DNA from: an archaeon UBA583 | GTDB taxonomy: Archaea > Nanobdellota > Nanobdellia > Woesearchaeales > UBA583 | DNA: 64,000 nucleotides | Direction of reading: 5' to 3' | Assembly (NCBI GenBank): GCA_002506365.1 | Contig: DAXK01000024.1 | Coordinates: forward strand, 30,944 to 94,943 | Shown here: positions 40,653 to 49,212 of the stretch, piece by piece | How the letters are laid out: every line of letters begins with the position of its first letter | Numbering within the stretch: position 1 is the stretch's first letter | Position numbers and translations under genes: made by a program | Notes under the pieces: generated by a model | Databases searched by the model: none | Told to the model about the DNA's origin: nothing | The model's input: only the letters and a program-made list of their open reading frames with translations

Positions 40653-41369
40653 TTATTTTTTAGATTTTTTAAATCTTTCATAAACTCCAACAGAACCACA
40701 TAAAGCAGATACTGCCAAAGTTACACCAAGACCAGTTTCAACCATATTAACATCTAATCCTAAAGTATCTTCAAAAGCAACCATTGACGCATAACTAATA
40801 TGAACTCCTGTTTGTAACCCAGTTTTAATTTTTCCAAACCAATTAGCCTTTAATTTTTCAGACCTATTTTCATTTAAAATTTTAGTTTCTAAATTATTAT
40901 TTTTTTCATCTAACGTTGATAAATTTGGATTTAAAACAACATCATAAGCTTCATCAAACTGTTTTAAAATATCTCCTCTTTGTTTTTGAGAAATATGGTC
41001 AACCCCAACACTCAAAACAGATCCAACCAACATATATGGATTTGCTAAACTTCCTAAAATTCCAGCTGTTGCCACAAATCCAACATTCTTTACCTTATCA
41101 AATAAAGGATCAAGTTTTGCTCCTTGAACTGAAGATAAATCAAAACTTCTAGCAACAGCCCCATCAGCAACATCACAACCAAAACCTACTCCTAAAAAAA
41201 ATAAACTAGCTGGAGCAGTAACTGGATTTGCTAAACAACCAAAACCAACACCAGATGCTACAGCTCCATAAAAAGAAATCCTATTTGGATGAAACGGAGC
41301 ATCTTGGTCTTTTCTAGTTCCAACATAAGGTCTCATAATTTTTTTCATATAAGTTGTCATTTTATTCAT
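40653..41369 (-). CDS. CDP-alcohol phosphatidyltransferase-family membrane protein
   Basis: Exact family motif D-G-x2-A-R-x8-G-x3-D-x3-D in DVADGAVARSFDLSSVQGAKLDPLFD. Its start overlaps the trmY stop (ATGAATAA). Confidence 0.75.
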   Translation of the reverse strand: MNKMTTYMKKIMRPYVGTRKDQDAPFHPNRISFYGAVASGVGFGCLANPVTAPASLFFLGVGFGCDVADGAVARSFDLSSVQGAKLDPLFDKVKNVGFVATAGILGSLANPYMLVGSVLSVGVDHISQKQRGDILKQFDEAYDVVLNPNLSTLDEKNNNLETKILNENRSEKLKANWFGKIKTGLQTGVHISYASMVAFEDTLGLDVNMVETGLGVTLAVSALCGSVGVYERFKKSKK

Positions 41370-41967
41370 TAACCTCCGCTGGATTTAAATACTCATAACT
41401 ATCAATTTCATAATTAATAATCATAATAGCCTGCGATGTAAAATACATTTGTTCCCCTAAACTCATCCTATTAACAGACTTTTTCAAATACTTTCTCTTT
41501 TGTTTATCAAATCCATCATGGTCCCCTAAAATAAAAACTCCATTTTGAACTTTAGATCCATCTATATTTTTAATATGCGTTCCCGCAAAATCAAGCATAT
41601 AAATATCTTCATTATTGTCTTTAAACTCATCAACTAAATTTTCTAAAGTTTTATCATCAACAAAAACTCCTGGATGTGCCTCAATAGTATTTCCTTTCTT
41701 AAACTTCTTTAAACAAATTTCAATTAATCTCTTCAAATTCTTCTTTGAAATTGTATTATCTGGATGTGCTACAATTTTAATATGTCTAGGCGCATAAGGT
41801 GGTCCCATTAAAATTAAATGTAACTCTACATCCTCCCTATATGTATGTGATGCAAACATTGCAGAAATAATAGAATGTAACAAAATATCAATACGCCCCG
41901 CAGCTTTCAAATCCCCAATTTTTGGTGAAGTGCAAGCATTTTCAGAATATACTACAAATTTTCTCAT
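41362..41967 (-). CDS. trmY: tRNA (pseudouridine54-N1)-methyltransferase-like SPOUT protein
   Basis: MRKFVVYS...LKAAGRIDILLHSIISAMFASHTYREDVELHLILMGPP resembles the archaeal TrmY (DUF358) N-terminus. Confidence 0.6.
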   Translation of the reverse strand: MRKFVVYSENACTSPKIGDLKAAGRIDILLHSIISAMFASHTYREDVELHLILMGPPYAPRHIKIVAHPDNTISKKNLKRLIEICLKKFKKGNTIEAHPGVFVDDKTLENLVDEFKDNNEDIYMLDFAGTHIKNIDGSKVQNGVFILGDHDGFDKQKRKYLKKSVNRMSLGEQMYFTSQAIMIINYEIDSYEYLNPAEVNE

Positions 41968-42074
41968 AAAATAAATTAACTACTAGCTATTTAAATAAAC
42001 TTTCATAAAATTAAGTCACTTTTATAAATTAAAATCCACTAATTAATACTAGAGATACCAAAAAGGTCAAAAAA

Positions 42075-43088
42075 ATGGGAAAAAAACAAAAACAACAAAG
42101 AAAAAATAACGATATGGGAATTCCATTAAAAGAACAAATTAAACCAATTTTCAAAGAAAGATTTCTACAAATGTTAGGAAGTGAACAAGAATATCAAAAA
42201 TTTGAAGATTGTATTTTAACACCACAAAGAAAATCATTTAGAATCAACTCATTAAGAGTTGAAGAACCAAAACAATTAGCGCAACAAATTAAAGATAAAG
42301 GAATTAAAATTAGTGAAGTTCCATGGTGTAAAAACGCTTACTTTACTGAATACGATAAAGAAGCAAGAAGTGACTTAGGAAATTTATACGAACACTTCAC
42401 AGGAAGAATTTATGTTCAAGAAGCAACATCCATGTCCCCACCAGAATTATTAGAAATCCCAGAATCAATTGACAATAATTTTAAAGTTTTAGATATGTGT
42501 TCAAGTCCAGGAAGTAAAACAACACAAATTGCTGACTTAATGAAAGGAGAAGGAATCTTAGTTGCTAACGAATTAGATTTTAAAAGATTAGGACCATTAA
42601 AAATCAACCTTGAGCGAGCAGGATATACAAATATTGTAATCACAAACCAAGATGCAAGTAGAATTCAAGGTGAAGAAATATTTGATAGAATTTGTTGTGA
42701 TGCACCATGTTCAGGAAGTGGAGTAATCAGAAAATCTCCTAAAACAATTAAAACATACAATCCTAAAAAATTACACCAAATTCAAAATTTACAAATCTCA
42801 ATTTTACAAAGAGGATTTGAATTATTAAAAAAAGGAGGAATTATTACATACTCAACTTGTTCAATTGACCCAGAAGAAAATGAATTATGTGTAAAAAGAT
42901 TTTTAGAAGAAAATCCAACAGCGATTTTAGAACAAGCAACATTACCAGGTTTAATTTTAAACAACAAATTAACTAAATTTTACAATACAGAAATTCCTAA
43001 AGAAATTACTGAAAAAACAATTAGAATTTGGCCACAAGATAATGATACAAATGGTTTCTATGTAGCTAAAATTCGAAAGTCTGAGTAA
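42075..43088 (+). CDS. NOL1/NOP2/Sun-family RNA (cytosine-C5)-methyltransferase
   Basis: VLDMCSSPGSKTTQIA, DRICCDAPCSGSGVIRKSP, GGIITYSTCSIDPEENE. Confidence 0.9.
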   Translation: MGKKQKQQRKNNDMGIPLKEQIKPIFKERFLQMLGSEQEYQKFEDCILTPQRKSFRINSLRVEEPKQLAQQIKDKGIKISEVPWCKNAYFTEYDKEARSDLGNLYEHFTGRIYVQEATSMSPPELLEIPESIDNNFKVLDMCSSPGSKTTQIADLMKGEGILVANELDFKRLGPLKINLERAGYTNIVITNQDASRIQGEEIFDRICCDAPCSGSGVIRKSPKTIKTYNPKKLHQIQNLQISILQRGFELLKKGGIITYSTCSIDPEENELCVKRFLEENPTAILEQATLPGLILNNKLTKFYNTEIPKEITEKTIRIWPQDNDTNGFYVAKIRKSE

Positions 43089-43162
43089 AATTACTCAGAC
43101 CTCCACGAACCATTGTGTTCGTGTGAGAGTCAATTTCTAAATCCATTGGATTTAAAATGATA
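43081..43162 (+). repeat. Structured intergenic element, copy 1 (three hairpins)
   Basis: H0 CTGAGTAA-aa-TTACTCAG overlaps the stop codon. ACCTCC follows. H1 is CACGAAC-cattgt-GTTCGTG (43104-43123), then TGAGAGTCAATTTC, then H2 TAAATCCA-t-TGGATTTA (43138-43154), then AAATGAT. Confidence 0.6.
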
Positions 43163-43263
43163 TAATAATTAAAATAAACAAAAAACTTAACAAATAAATT
43201 AATGATTAATTATTAAACTAATTTTTTAAAATAAAAATATAGTTTAATATTTTAACCAATATT

Positions 43264-43470
43264 TTAACCAATATTAGAAAATACATCAGTTACTTCATCT
43301 TTCTGAGACCCAATTTCTCCACCAATCATAACTGAAACAATATAAATTAAAATTATAAATAAAATTACACCAATAATTAATTTTCCCAACTCATCCATCT
43401 CAAGAGCACCTGACTTACTTTTTCTTAAACCATTATAATTTTTTAAAACTTTTAAACTTGTAAATAACAT
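43264..43470 (-). CDS. Small protein with class III (archaeal prepilin-like) signal peptide
   Basis: ..LRKSKSG/ALEMDELGKLIIGVILFIILIYIV fits the QxSxExxxL-type class III motif, with E and L at the right spacing, followed by a hydrophobic helix. A TATA-like box lies about 25 nt upstream. Confidence 0.4.
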   Translation of the reverse strand: MLFTSLKVLKNYNGLRKSKSGALEMDELGKLIIGVILFIILIYIVSVMIGGEIGSQKDEVTDVFSNIG

Positions 43471-43555
43471 AAAAATAAAAATAAAAATAACTTATAAAAA
43501 GATTTGCTGTATAAAATAAAAATAAAATTGAATTTGAATAAAAATATTTAAATTA

Positions 43556-44404
43556 TTAAATAATAAAAACCGAAAATTTACCCTTATTTAATTCCTTCTT
43601 TGCTCCCTCAACTAGATACCCAACAGGACCAATCACAAACTTATTAGCCTTTAAAACTAACTTAGGTTTATTAGACATAACCTTTGTATAAATTTGCATT
43701 GCTGATCCCATATCCATATCTGCTACATCAAATTCATCATCCTTTGAAGTTTCAATAGATGCAATTCTTAACTCACCTAATTCCTTTTTCAAATTCTCAA
43801 TTTCCTTATTTTGTTTCTTCCAATCATTAAAAAACTTTTCAGAAGTTCTAACAATTGAAGATTTATCAACTGAAAATACATCACAACTTTCTTTTAATAA
43901 AACTTCATTAGCATAAATTGCATCAAGCGCAAATTCATTAACAACATATTTTAATCTTACAACTCCATCTTGAATTTTTGAAGTTTCAACAATTTTAATT
44001 AAACCAATACCACCAGTAGACTCCATATGAATTCCTCCACAAGCCTCAATATCAGAATCTTCAACAGAAATAACTCTTAAAGTTTTCATAGGAATTGCTC
44101 CTCCTTGATACAAAGTAAAACCATATTTCTCTTCAGCCTTATCTCTTGATAACTCATCAATTTTAACTTTTTTATTTTCAAAAACTGTTTTATTTGCTAA
44201 TTTTTCAATTTCAAAAATTTCTTCCATTGTTAAATTATTATAATGAGTAATATCTAATGTCCCAAATTCAGGTTTTAAATTTGACCCATTTTGCCAAACA
44301 TGATTCCCCAAAACTTGTCTTGCACAATGATTAACAACATGAGTTGTTGTATGTAATCTTCTTAACTTTTCCCTATTTTCTAAATCAATTTTAATATTTA
44401 CCAT
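43556..44404 (-). CDS. alaX: AlaX-like alanyl-tRNA editing protein (or the C-terminal half of a split AlaRS)
   Basis: Zinc/editing motifs HTTTH (HxxxH) and CGGIH (CxxxH), then a coiled coil and a C-terminal domain. 282 aa. Confidence 0.7.
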   Translation of the reverse strand: MVNIKIDLENREKLRRLHTTTHVVNHCARQVLGNHVWQNGSNLKPEFGTLDITHYNNLTMEEIFEIEKLANKTVFENKKVKIDELSRDKAEEKYGFTLYQGGAIPMKTLRVISVEDSDIEACGGIHMESTGGIGLIKIVETSKIQDGVVRLKYVVNEFALDAIYANEVLLKESCDVFSVDKSSIVRTSEKFFNDWKKQNKEIENLKKELGELRIASIETSKDDEFDVADMDMGSAMQIYTKVMSNKPKLVLKANKFVIGPVGYLVEGAKKELNKGKFSVFII

Positions 44405-44434
44405 TTTTTTATATTTTTTAATTTTTTATATTTT

Positions 44435-44498
44435 AAAATTGACACCATAAACCATTGGTTTATCTGTGTCTCAATTCGATTACACAGTAATTGAATTT
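44435..44498 (+). repeat. Structured intergenic element, copy 4 (core), flanked by 47-bp direct repeats
   Basis: H1 ATAAACC-att-GGTTTAT, then CTGTGTCTCAATTC, then GATTACACAGTAATTGAA. This aligns with copy 2 (AATACACTGTATTGAA). The flanks 44388-44434 and 44499-44544 are near-identical. Confidence 0.55.
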
Positions 44499-44542
44499 AT
44501 TTTAATCTTTACCATTTTTTATATTTTTTAATTATTTTATAT

Positions 44543-44803
44543 TTAATAATTTAATAACATTCCAACTAATAAAAAAAGAACTCCCAAAATAACATAATTT
44601 AAACCATTTGCTAATTCAGGGAAATAAAATCCAAGTAAATCTGCTATTCCAAAAGAAATTAAAAACATTGCTAAAACAACTAAAGCAGAAATTTCTCCAA
44701 ACTTAATTAAATTTTTTTTAATCTTCTCACCAGCATAAGCTTTTGCAGCATCAACAACTTCAGCCTCAACTCTTTCAAAGATTCCCTTTTTTTCCTTAAC
44801 CAT
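44543..44803 (-). CDS. Small membrane protein, function unknown
   Basis: The track start at 44824 is TTG. The in-frame ATG at 44801-44803 (MVKEKKG..) sits about 27 nt from a TATA box. Two C-terminal hydrophobic helices are present. Confidence 0.5.
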   Translation of the reverse strand: MVKEKKGIFERVEAEVVDAAKAYAGEKIKKNLIKFGEISALVVLAMFLISFGIADLLGFYFPELANGLNYVILGVLFLLVGMLLNY

Positions 44804-44825
44804 AAAAAATAAAAAAATAATCAAG

Positions 44826-44835
44826 TATATAAATA
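44826..44835. promoter_or_regulatory. Single AT-palindromic TATA box (TATATAAATA) shared by divergent genes
   Basis: It is centred about 27 nt from the minus-strand ATG at 44803 and about 25 nt from the plus-strand ATG at 44855. The intergenic distance is only 51 bp. Confidence 0.45.
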
Positions 44836-44854
44836 TTATTAAACTCTAATTACT

Positions 44855-45454
44855 ATGACAACTTTAATTGCAACCGGAGCAGAATCAGAAATCCATAAAA
44901 TTAATGATACAACTCTAAAAAAAATCAGACTTGCAAAAACATACAGAATCCCAGAAATCGACTTAAAACTAAGAAAATTTCGTAATAGAAGAGAATTCAA
45001 AATATTACAAAAACTACACACCGAAAATATTTTAGTCCCAGAACCATACAAAATAATTGAAGATAAACGTATTGATGAAATAAGCTTTGAATTTGAATTT
45101 TTAACTGGACAAGTTTTAAAAAACTGTTTAACAAAAGAATTATTATTTAAAGCATTTAACCAAATAATTCAAATGCACAAATTTGAAGTTACACACTCAG
45201 ACCTTACAACATTAAATATGATTTGTCAAAATAATGAAATTTATTTAATTGATTTTGGACTTGGAGAATTTTCAGTAAAACCAGAAGATAGAGCAGTTGA
45301 CTTAAACCTATTTTTCAACTGTATCAAAAACGAGCACCCTGAATTTTATAAATATAAAGATGAATTAAAACAAATTTACTTTAAATTTAACCAAAGAGTA
45401 TTACACAATCTAGAAAAATTAGAACACAGAGGAAGAAATAAAAGTAAGAATTAA
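44855..45454 (+). CDS. bud32: Bud32/PRPK-type atypical kinase (KEOPS subunit)
   Basis: LIATGAESEIHK..., RNRREFKILQKL, HSDLTTLNMI..IYLIDFGLGE....EDRAVDL. Confidence 0.85.
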   Translation: MTTLIATGAESEIHKINDTTLKKIRLAKTYRIPEIDLKLRKFRNRREFKILQKLHTENILVPEPYKIIEDKRIDEISFEFEFLTGQVLKNCLTKELLFKAFNQIIQMHKFEVTHSDLTTLNMICQNNEIYLIDFGLGEFSVKPEDRAVDLNLFFNCIKNEHPEFYKYKDELKQIYFKFNQRVLHNLEKLEHRGRNKSKN

Positions 45455-45533
45455 TCTTTGATTAATTTTACCTCCACTAACCGTTGTGTTAGTGTGATAT
45501 TCAATTTATCAATACACTGTATTGAAAATGATA
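45449..45533 (+). repeat. Structured intergenic element, copy 2
   Basis: H0 AATTAATC-ttt-GATTAATT overlaps the stop codon. TTACCTCC follows. H1 is CACTAAC-cgttgt-GTTAGTG (45475-45494), then TGATATTCAATTTATC, then H2 TCAATAC-act-GTATTGA (45509-45525), then AAATGAT. Confidence 0.6.
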
Positions 45534-45548
45534 AAAATTAATATAAAA

Positions 45549-45935
45549 TTAATTTTCAACCTCATTACAAAGTTCAATTAAAACTCCACAAGGAGATTTA
45601 ATATAACTTACAATTTGACCCCACGGTTTCTTTTCAGGTTTACTTAATTCAACACCACCAAATTTTAAACATTTATTAAATGAATCCTCAACATTATCAC
45701 AAACTAAAGTAATTTCACAACCAATTAAACCCTTAGAACAAAAATTAATATTATCAAACTTAATTGGTAAATTAGAATCCAAACTAAAAGCTAAAACTGT
45801 ATGACCAGTTTCCAATTCCGCATAAGAATTATCTTCAAAAACAAACTTTCTCTTAAAACCAAAACTATTTTCAAAAAACTCAATAGTTCCCATAACATCA
45901 TTAACATAATAAATAGTATAACCAAACTTCACCAT
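45549..45935 (-). CDS. VOC-family (glyoxalase/bleomycin-resistance fold) protein
   Basis: FGYTIYYVNDVMGTIEFFENSFGF...AELETGHTVLAF...PWGQIVSYIKSPCGVLIELC. Confidence 0.75.
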   Translation of the reverse strand: MVKFGYTIYYVNDVMGTIEFFENSFGFKRKFVFEDNSYAELETGHTVLAFSLDSNLPIKFDNINFCSKGLIGCEITLVCDNVEDSFNKCLKFGGVELSKPEKKPWGQIVSYIKSPCGVLIELCNEVEN

Positions 45936-46000
45936 AAAAATACAAATTTAAAAGAAAATAAAAATATATATTACTACTAAAAATAATAAAATGAAAAAAT

Positions 46001-46993
46001 TTATTTAGAAAAAACTAATTTCATAATAATTTTGGCTAAATTCTCTGGATTATGACGAACTAGTTTATTTTCATCAATCAAATTACCCTTAACTAATTTA
46101 ATATTTCTCAAATTATCCTCATCAATCGCTACAGGATGTTTATTTTCTTTTTGATACTCTCCTAATGCAACACTTGCTGGCACATGAGTATTAGAAATCA
46201 CATGAGTAATTGGAGCTTTTAAATACTTTTCAATTTCACGTTTAAAATCTGAAACTACAAACCCATCCGTTTCCCCAGGCTTACTCATAACAGGACTAAT
46301 CAAAACTTTTTTAGCCCTAACATTTGAATTAATAGCTCGTCTAACCTTAGGAAATAATAAATTTGGTAAAATACTTGTATATAAATCACCTGGACCAAAA
46401 ATAATTATATCAGCCTCAACTAAAGCTTTTACTGCTGAAGGATTTGTTTTCCCCTCACTCTTTAAATAAATCTCATCAATTTTTTTATCAGGAGTTGTAT
46501 CAATTACCGCCTCAGAAACTAATTCACGACCATCATCACATTTTGCAATTAAAGTATTTTTCTCTAAACTTACAGGGATTACCTCTCCACGAATCCTTAA
46601 AATTCTACTAGCCTCACGAACCCCACTAGCAAAATCACCAGTTATCTTAGTAAGAGCTGTAATAATTAAATTTCCAAAATTATGATTATCCATTTGATCA
46701 TCAAATCTATACTGAAACAATTCAGCTAAAACTTTTGACTCATCAGACAAAGCAACCATACAATTTCTAATATCACCTGGGGGTAAAACTCCATATTGAG
46801 TAATTAACTTACCAGAACTCCCTCCAGAATCTAAAGTAGTGATAATTGCTTTAATATTTCTTGAAGAATCAGCATATTCTTTCAAACCTGAAAGAAGAGA
46901 AAATAATCCAGTCCCTCCACCAATACAAACAATTTTTTTGTTCTTAAGTGACTTTGGAACTTGTGTGTTTTTAGTAAAAAATCTACTAATCAT
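46001..46993 (-). CDS. YvcK/CofD-family (UPF0052) protein
   Basis: KIVCIGGGTGLFSLLSGLKEY, TTLDSGGSSGKL, PPGDIRNCMVAL. Confidence 0.8.
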   Translation of the reverse strand: MISRFFTKNTQVPKSLKNKKIVCIGGGTGLFSLLSGLKEYADSSRNIKAIITTLDSGGSSGKLITQYGVLPPGDIRNCMVALSDESKVLAELFQYRFDDQMDNHNFGNLIITALTKITGDFASGVREASRILRIRGEVIPVSLEKNTLIAKCDDGRELVSEAVIDTTPDKKIDEIYLKSEGKTNPSAVKALVEADIIIFGPGDLYTSILPNLLFPKVRRAINSNVRAKKVLISPVMSKPGETDGFVVSDFKREIEKYLKAPITHVISNTHVPASVALGEYQKENKHPVAIDEDNLRNIKLVKGNLIDENKLVRHNPENLAKIIMKLVFSK

Positions 46994-47082
46994 TAGAAAA
47001 TTAAATGTTTTAACCTATATAAAGCTAACTAAAAAATAAAATAAAAGTAAAATGAACTCTAAAAAAAAATAATTTAATAAAA

Positions 47083-47823
47083 TTACTTCTTTTTACCAAA
47101 CATATCCACAAACTCAGTTGGAAAGAAAATAAACTTTTGTGATGGATCAGGTGAAATATCATTAATAGTTTGTAAAGTTCTTAACTGCATAGCACCAGGA
47201 GTTACAGCCATAAGTTTAGCAGCAGCAGCTAAATTCTTAGCAGCCTCAACCTCTCCAGAAGACTTAATAATAATTCCTCTTTTTTCTCTCTCAGCCTCAG
47301 CTTCTCTAGCCATAATTCTCTTCATATCTGAAGGTAACTCAACGTGCTTTAACTCAACTCTCTCAACCTTTAATCCCCAAGCATCAGATGCTTTATCAAT
47401 AACTAATCTAATCTTGTCAGAAATTTGATCCCTATTTGCTAATAATTCATCTAATGAAACTTCACCAACAACATCCCTCATTGTAGTTTGAGATAATTGG
47501 CTCATAGCATAATAAAAATCCTCAACATTTAAAATTGACTTCTCAACATCTTGCACAAAATAATAAGTAACTGCATCAACATTCACAGACACATTATCTT
47601 TAGTAATACAATCTTGCTTTGGAACATCAATTGTCTTAACTCTTGTATCAACTTTTTGATAAGTTTGAAAAATTGGAATCACAATATTTAACCCTGGACC
47701 CATAAGTCCAGTATATTTTCCTAAAGTAAACCTTAGTCCTTGTTCATACTCATAAATAATTTTAATTCCTGATAAAACAAAAATTAAAACTAAAATCCCT
47801 AAAATAATAAACATTTCTGCCAT
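47083..47823 (-). CDS. SPFH/band-7 (stomatin/prohibitin-like) membrane protein
   Basis: N-terminal TM helix, then EYEQGLRFTLGKY, ITKDNVSVNVDAVTYY, and a C-terminal REAEAEREKR coiled coil. Confidence 0.9.
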   Translation of the reverse strand: MAEMFIILGILVLIFVLSGIKIIYEYEQGLRFTLGKYTGLMGPGLNIVIPIFQTYQKVDTRVKTIDVPKQDCITKDNVSVNVDAVTYYFVQDVEKSILNVEDFYYAMSQLSQTTMRDVVGEVSLDELLANRDQISDKIRLVIDKASDAWGLKVERVELKHVELPSDMKRIMAREAEAEREKRGIIIKSSGEVEAAKNLAAAAKLMAVTPGAMQLRTLQTINDISPDPSQKFIFFPTEFVDMFGKKK

Positions 47824-47937
47824 AATGAAAACTTAAAAAAATATACTTATAAAATAATGTAATTACTTTGAATAATAAAATTAAAAACTAAATTTTGTTT
47901 AATTAGAATAAATAAAAAATTGTATATTAATTAAAAA

Positions 47938-49011
47938 TTAATAAACACTTGAAATTCCTAAATCATTAGAAATTTTATTTCCAGACTCAATTTTTTCAGT
48001 CTTAGTCTCATGACCTAAAATATGAGGTGATTGAACACCAGTCATAATACTCATAATAGTTACTCTCTTTGCATGTGAGTTATCAACTCTAGCTCCCCAA
48101 ATTACATTCGCATCAGCATGTAATGATTGAGTAATTAATTGACCAGCTCTATCAATTTCTTCTAAAGTCATATCATCCCCACCAGTAATATGGATTAAAG
48201 CACCAGTTGCACCAGCGTAATCAATATCTAATAATGGATTTCCTAAAGCTTCTTCAACAGCCTCATCAACTCTTCTCGCAGTATCAGAAGTTCCCATACC
48301 AACAGTAGCTACTCCACCTGAAGTCATGATAGCCTTTACATCCGCAAAGTCTAAGTTAACTAATGAAGGAGTAGAAATAATTTCAACAATTCCCTTAATC
48401 ATAACAGAAACTAACTCATTAGCAACAGCAAAAGCTTGCTTAACAGGTAAATTTCCAGCAATTTTAACTAATCTATTATTATCAATAACAACCACAGTAT
48501 CAGCATTACCTCTTAATTGTTGTAATCCATACTCAGCTTTATCAATTCTAGCTCTCTCAATACTAAAAGGCATAGTAACAACTCCAATCACAATAGCACC
48601 CATGTCTCTTGCAATCTTTGCAATCATAGCAGCAGCACCAGTTCCAGTACCTCCACCCATACCAGCACAAACAAAAACCATGTCTGAACCTTTAATAGCA
48701 TCCTTAACTTCAGAAATAGATTCCTTAACAGCTTCAGCTCCCTTTTCAGGTCTTCCACCAGCACCTAATCCTCTAGTTACTTCCTTTCCAATTAAAATCT
48801 TCTTATCAGCGTTTTTTAATTTCAAATCTTGTAAGTCTGTATTAATAGCTACAATTTCTGCCCCGTTAATTCCTTTTGAATATAGCCAATCAACCATATT
48901 TTGACCTGAACCACCAACACCGATAACAGTCATTCTTGCTTGACCTACTTCGAATTGATCTAAGTTCTCCTCAGTCATATTTTGTAATGCGTCTTTTACT
49001 AAAAAATCCAT
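47938..49011 (-). CDS. ftsZ: Cell division GTPase FtsZ
   Basis: IGVGGSGQNMV, the tubulin signature GMGGGTGTGAAAMIA, and NLDFADV. Confidence 0.95.
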   Translation of the reverse strand: MDFLVKDALQNMTEENLDQFEVGQARMTVIGVGGSGQNMVDWLYSKGINGAEIVAINTDLQDLKLKNADKKILIGKEVTRGLGAGGRPEKGAEAVKESISEVKDAIKGSDMVFVCAGMGGGTGTGAAAMIAKIARDMGAIVIGVVTMPFSIERARIDKAEYGLQQLRGNADTVVVIDNNRLVKIAGNLPVKQAFAVANELVSVMIKGIVEIISTPSLVNLDFADVKAIMTSGGVATVGMGTSDTARRVDEAVEEALGNPLLDIDYAGATGALIHITGGDDMTLEEIDRAGQLITQSLHADANVIWGARVDNSHAKRVTIMSIMTGVQSPHILGHETKTEKIESGNKISNDLGISSVY

Positions 49012-49033
49012 TTTTTAAATTACCTTTAAAGTT

Positions 49034-49071
49034 AATTTCAAAATTTTTAAAAAAATCAAAAATTTGAAATT
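49034..49071. promoter_or_regulatory. Imperfect 14-15-bp-arm inverted repeat just upstream of ftsZ
   Basis: AATTTCAAAATTTTT-n9-AAAAATTTGAAATT, 23-60 nt upstream of the ftsZ ATG. The arms differ by one indel. Confidence 0.35.
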
Positions 49072-49180
49072 AGAGCTAAAACTTGTTTAGAGTCTTATAA
49101 ATTAAAAATTCAAGTTAATACTATTAAAAACATCGTATTCCCTTATCAGTAAATACTTACTAAAAAGTTACAAAAATAAG

Positions 49181-49199
49181 ATACTCAAAAAATGAGTAT
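49181..49199 (-). terminator. Hairpin plus T-tract downstream of scpB
   Basis: ATACTCA-aaaaa-TGAGTAT, 14 nt after the scpB stop, followed on the minus strand by CTTATTTTTG. Confidence 0.35.
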
Positions 49200-49212
49200 A
49201 AAAAATCACTAA

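Noticed and set aside
48326-48904. 192-aa plus-strand ORF opposite ftsZ
   Set aside because: It is antisense to the highly conserved FtsZ coding frame. It is rich in A/P/I/T/L, has no motif, and looks like a classic shadow of a relatively GC-richer gene.
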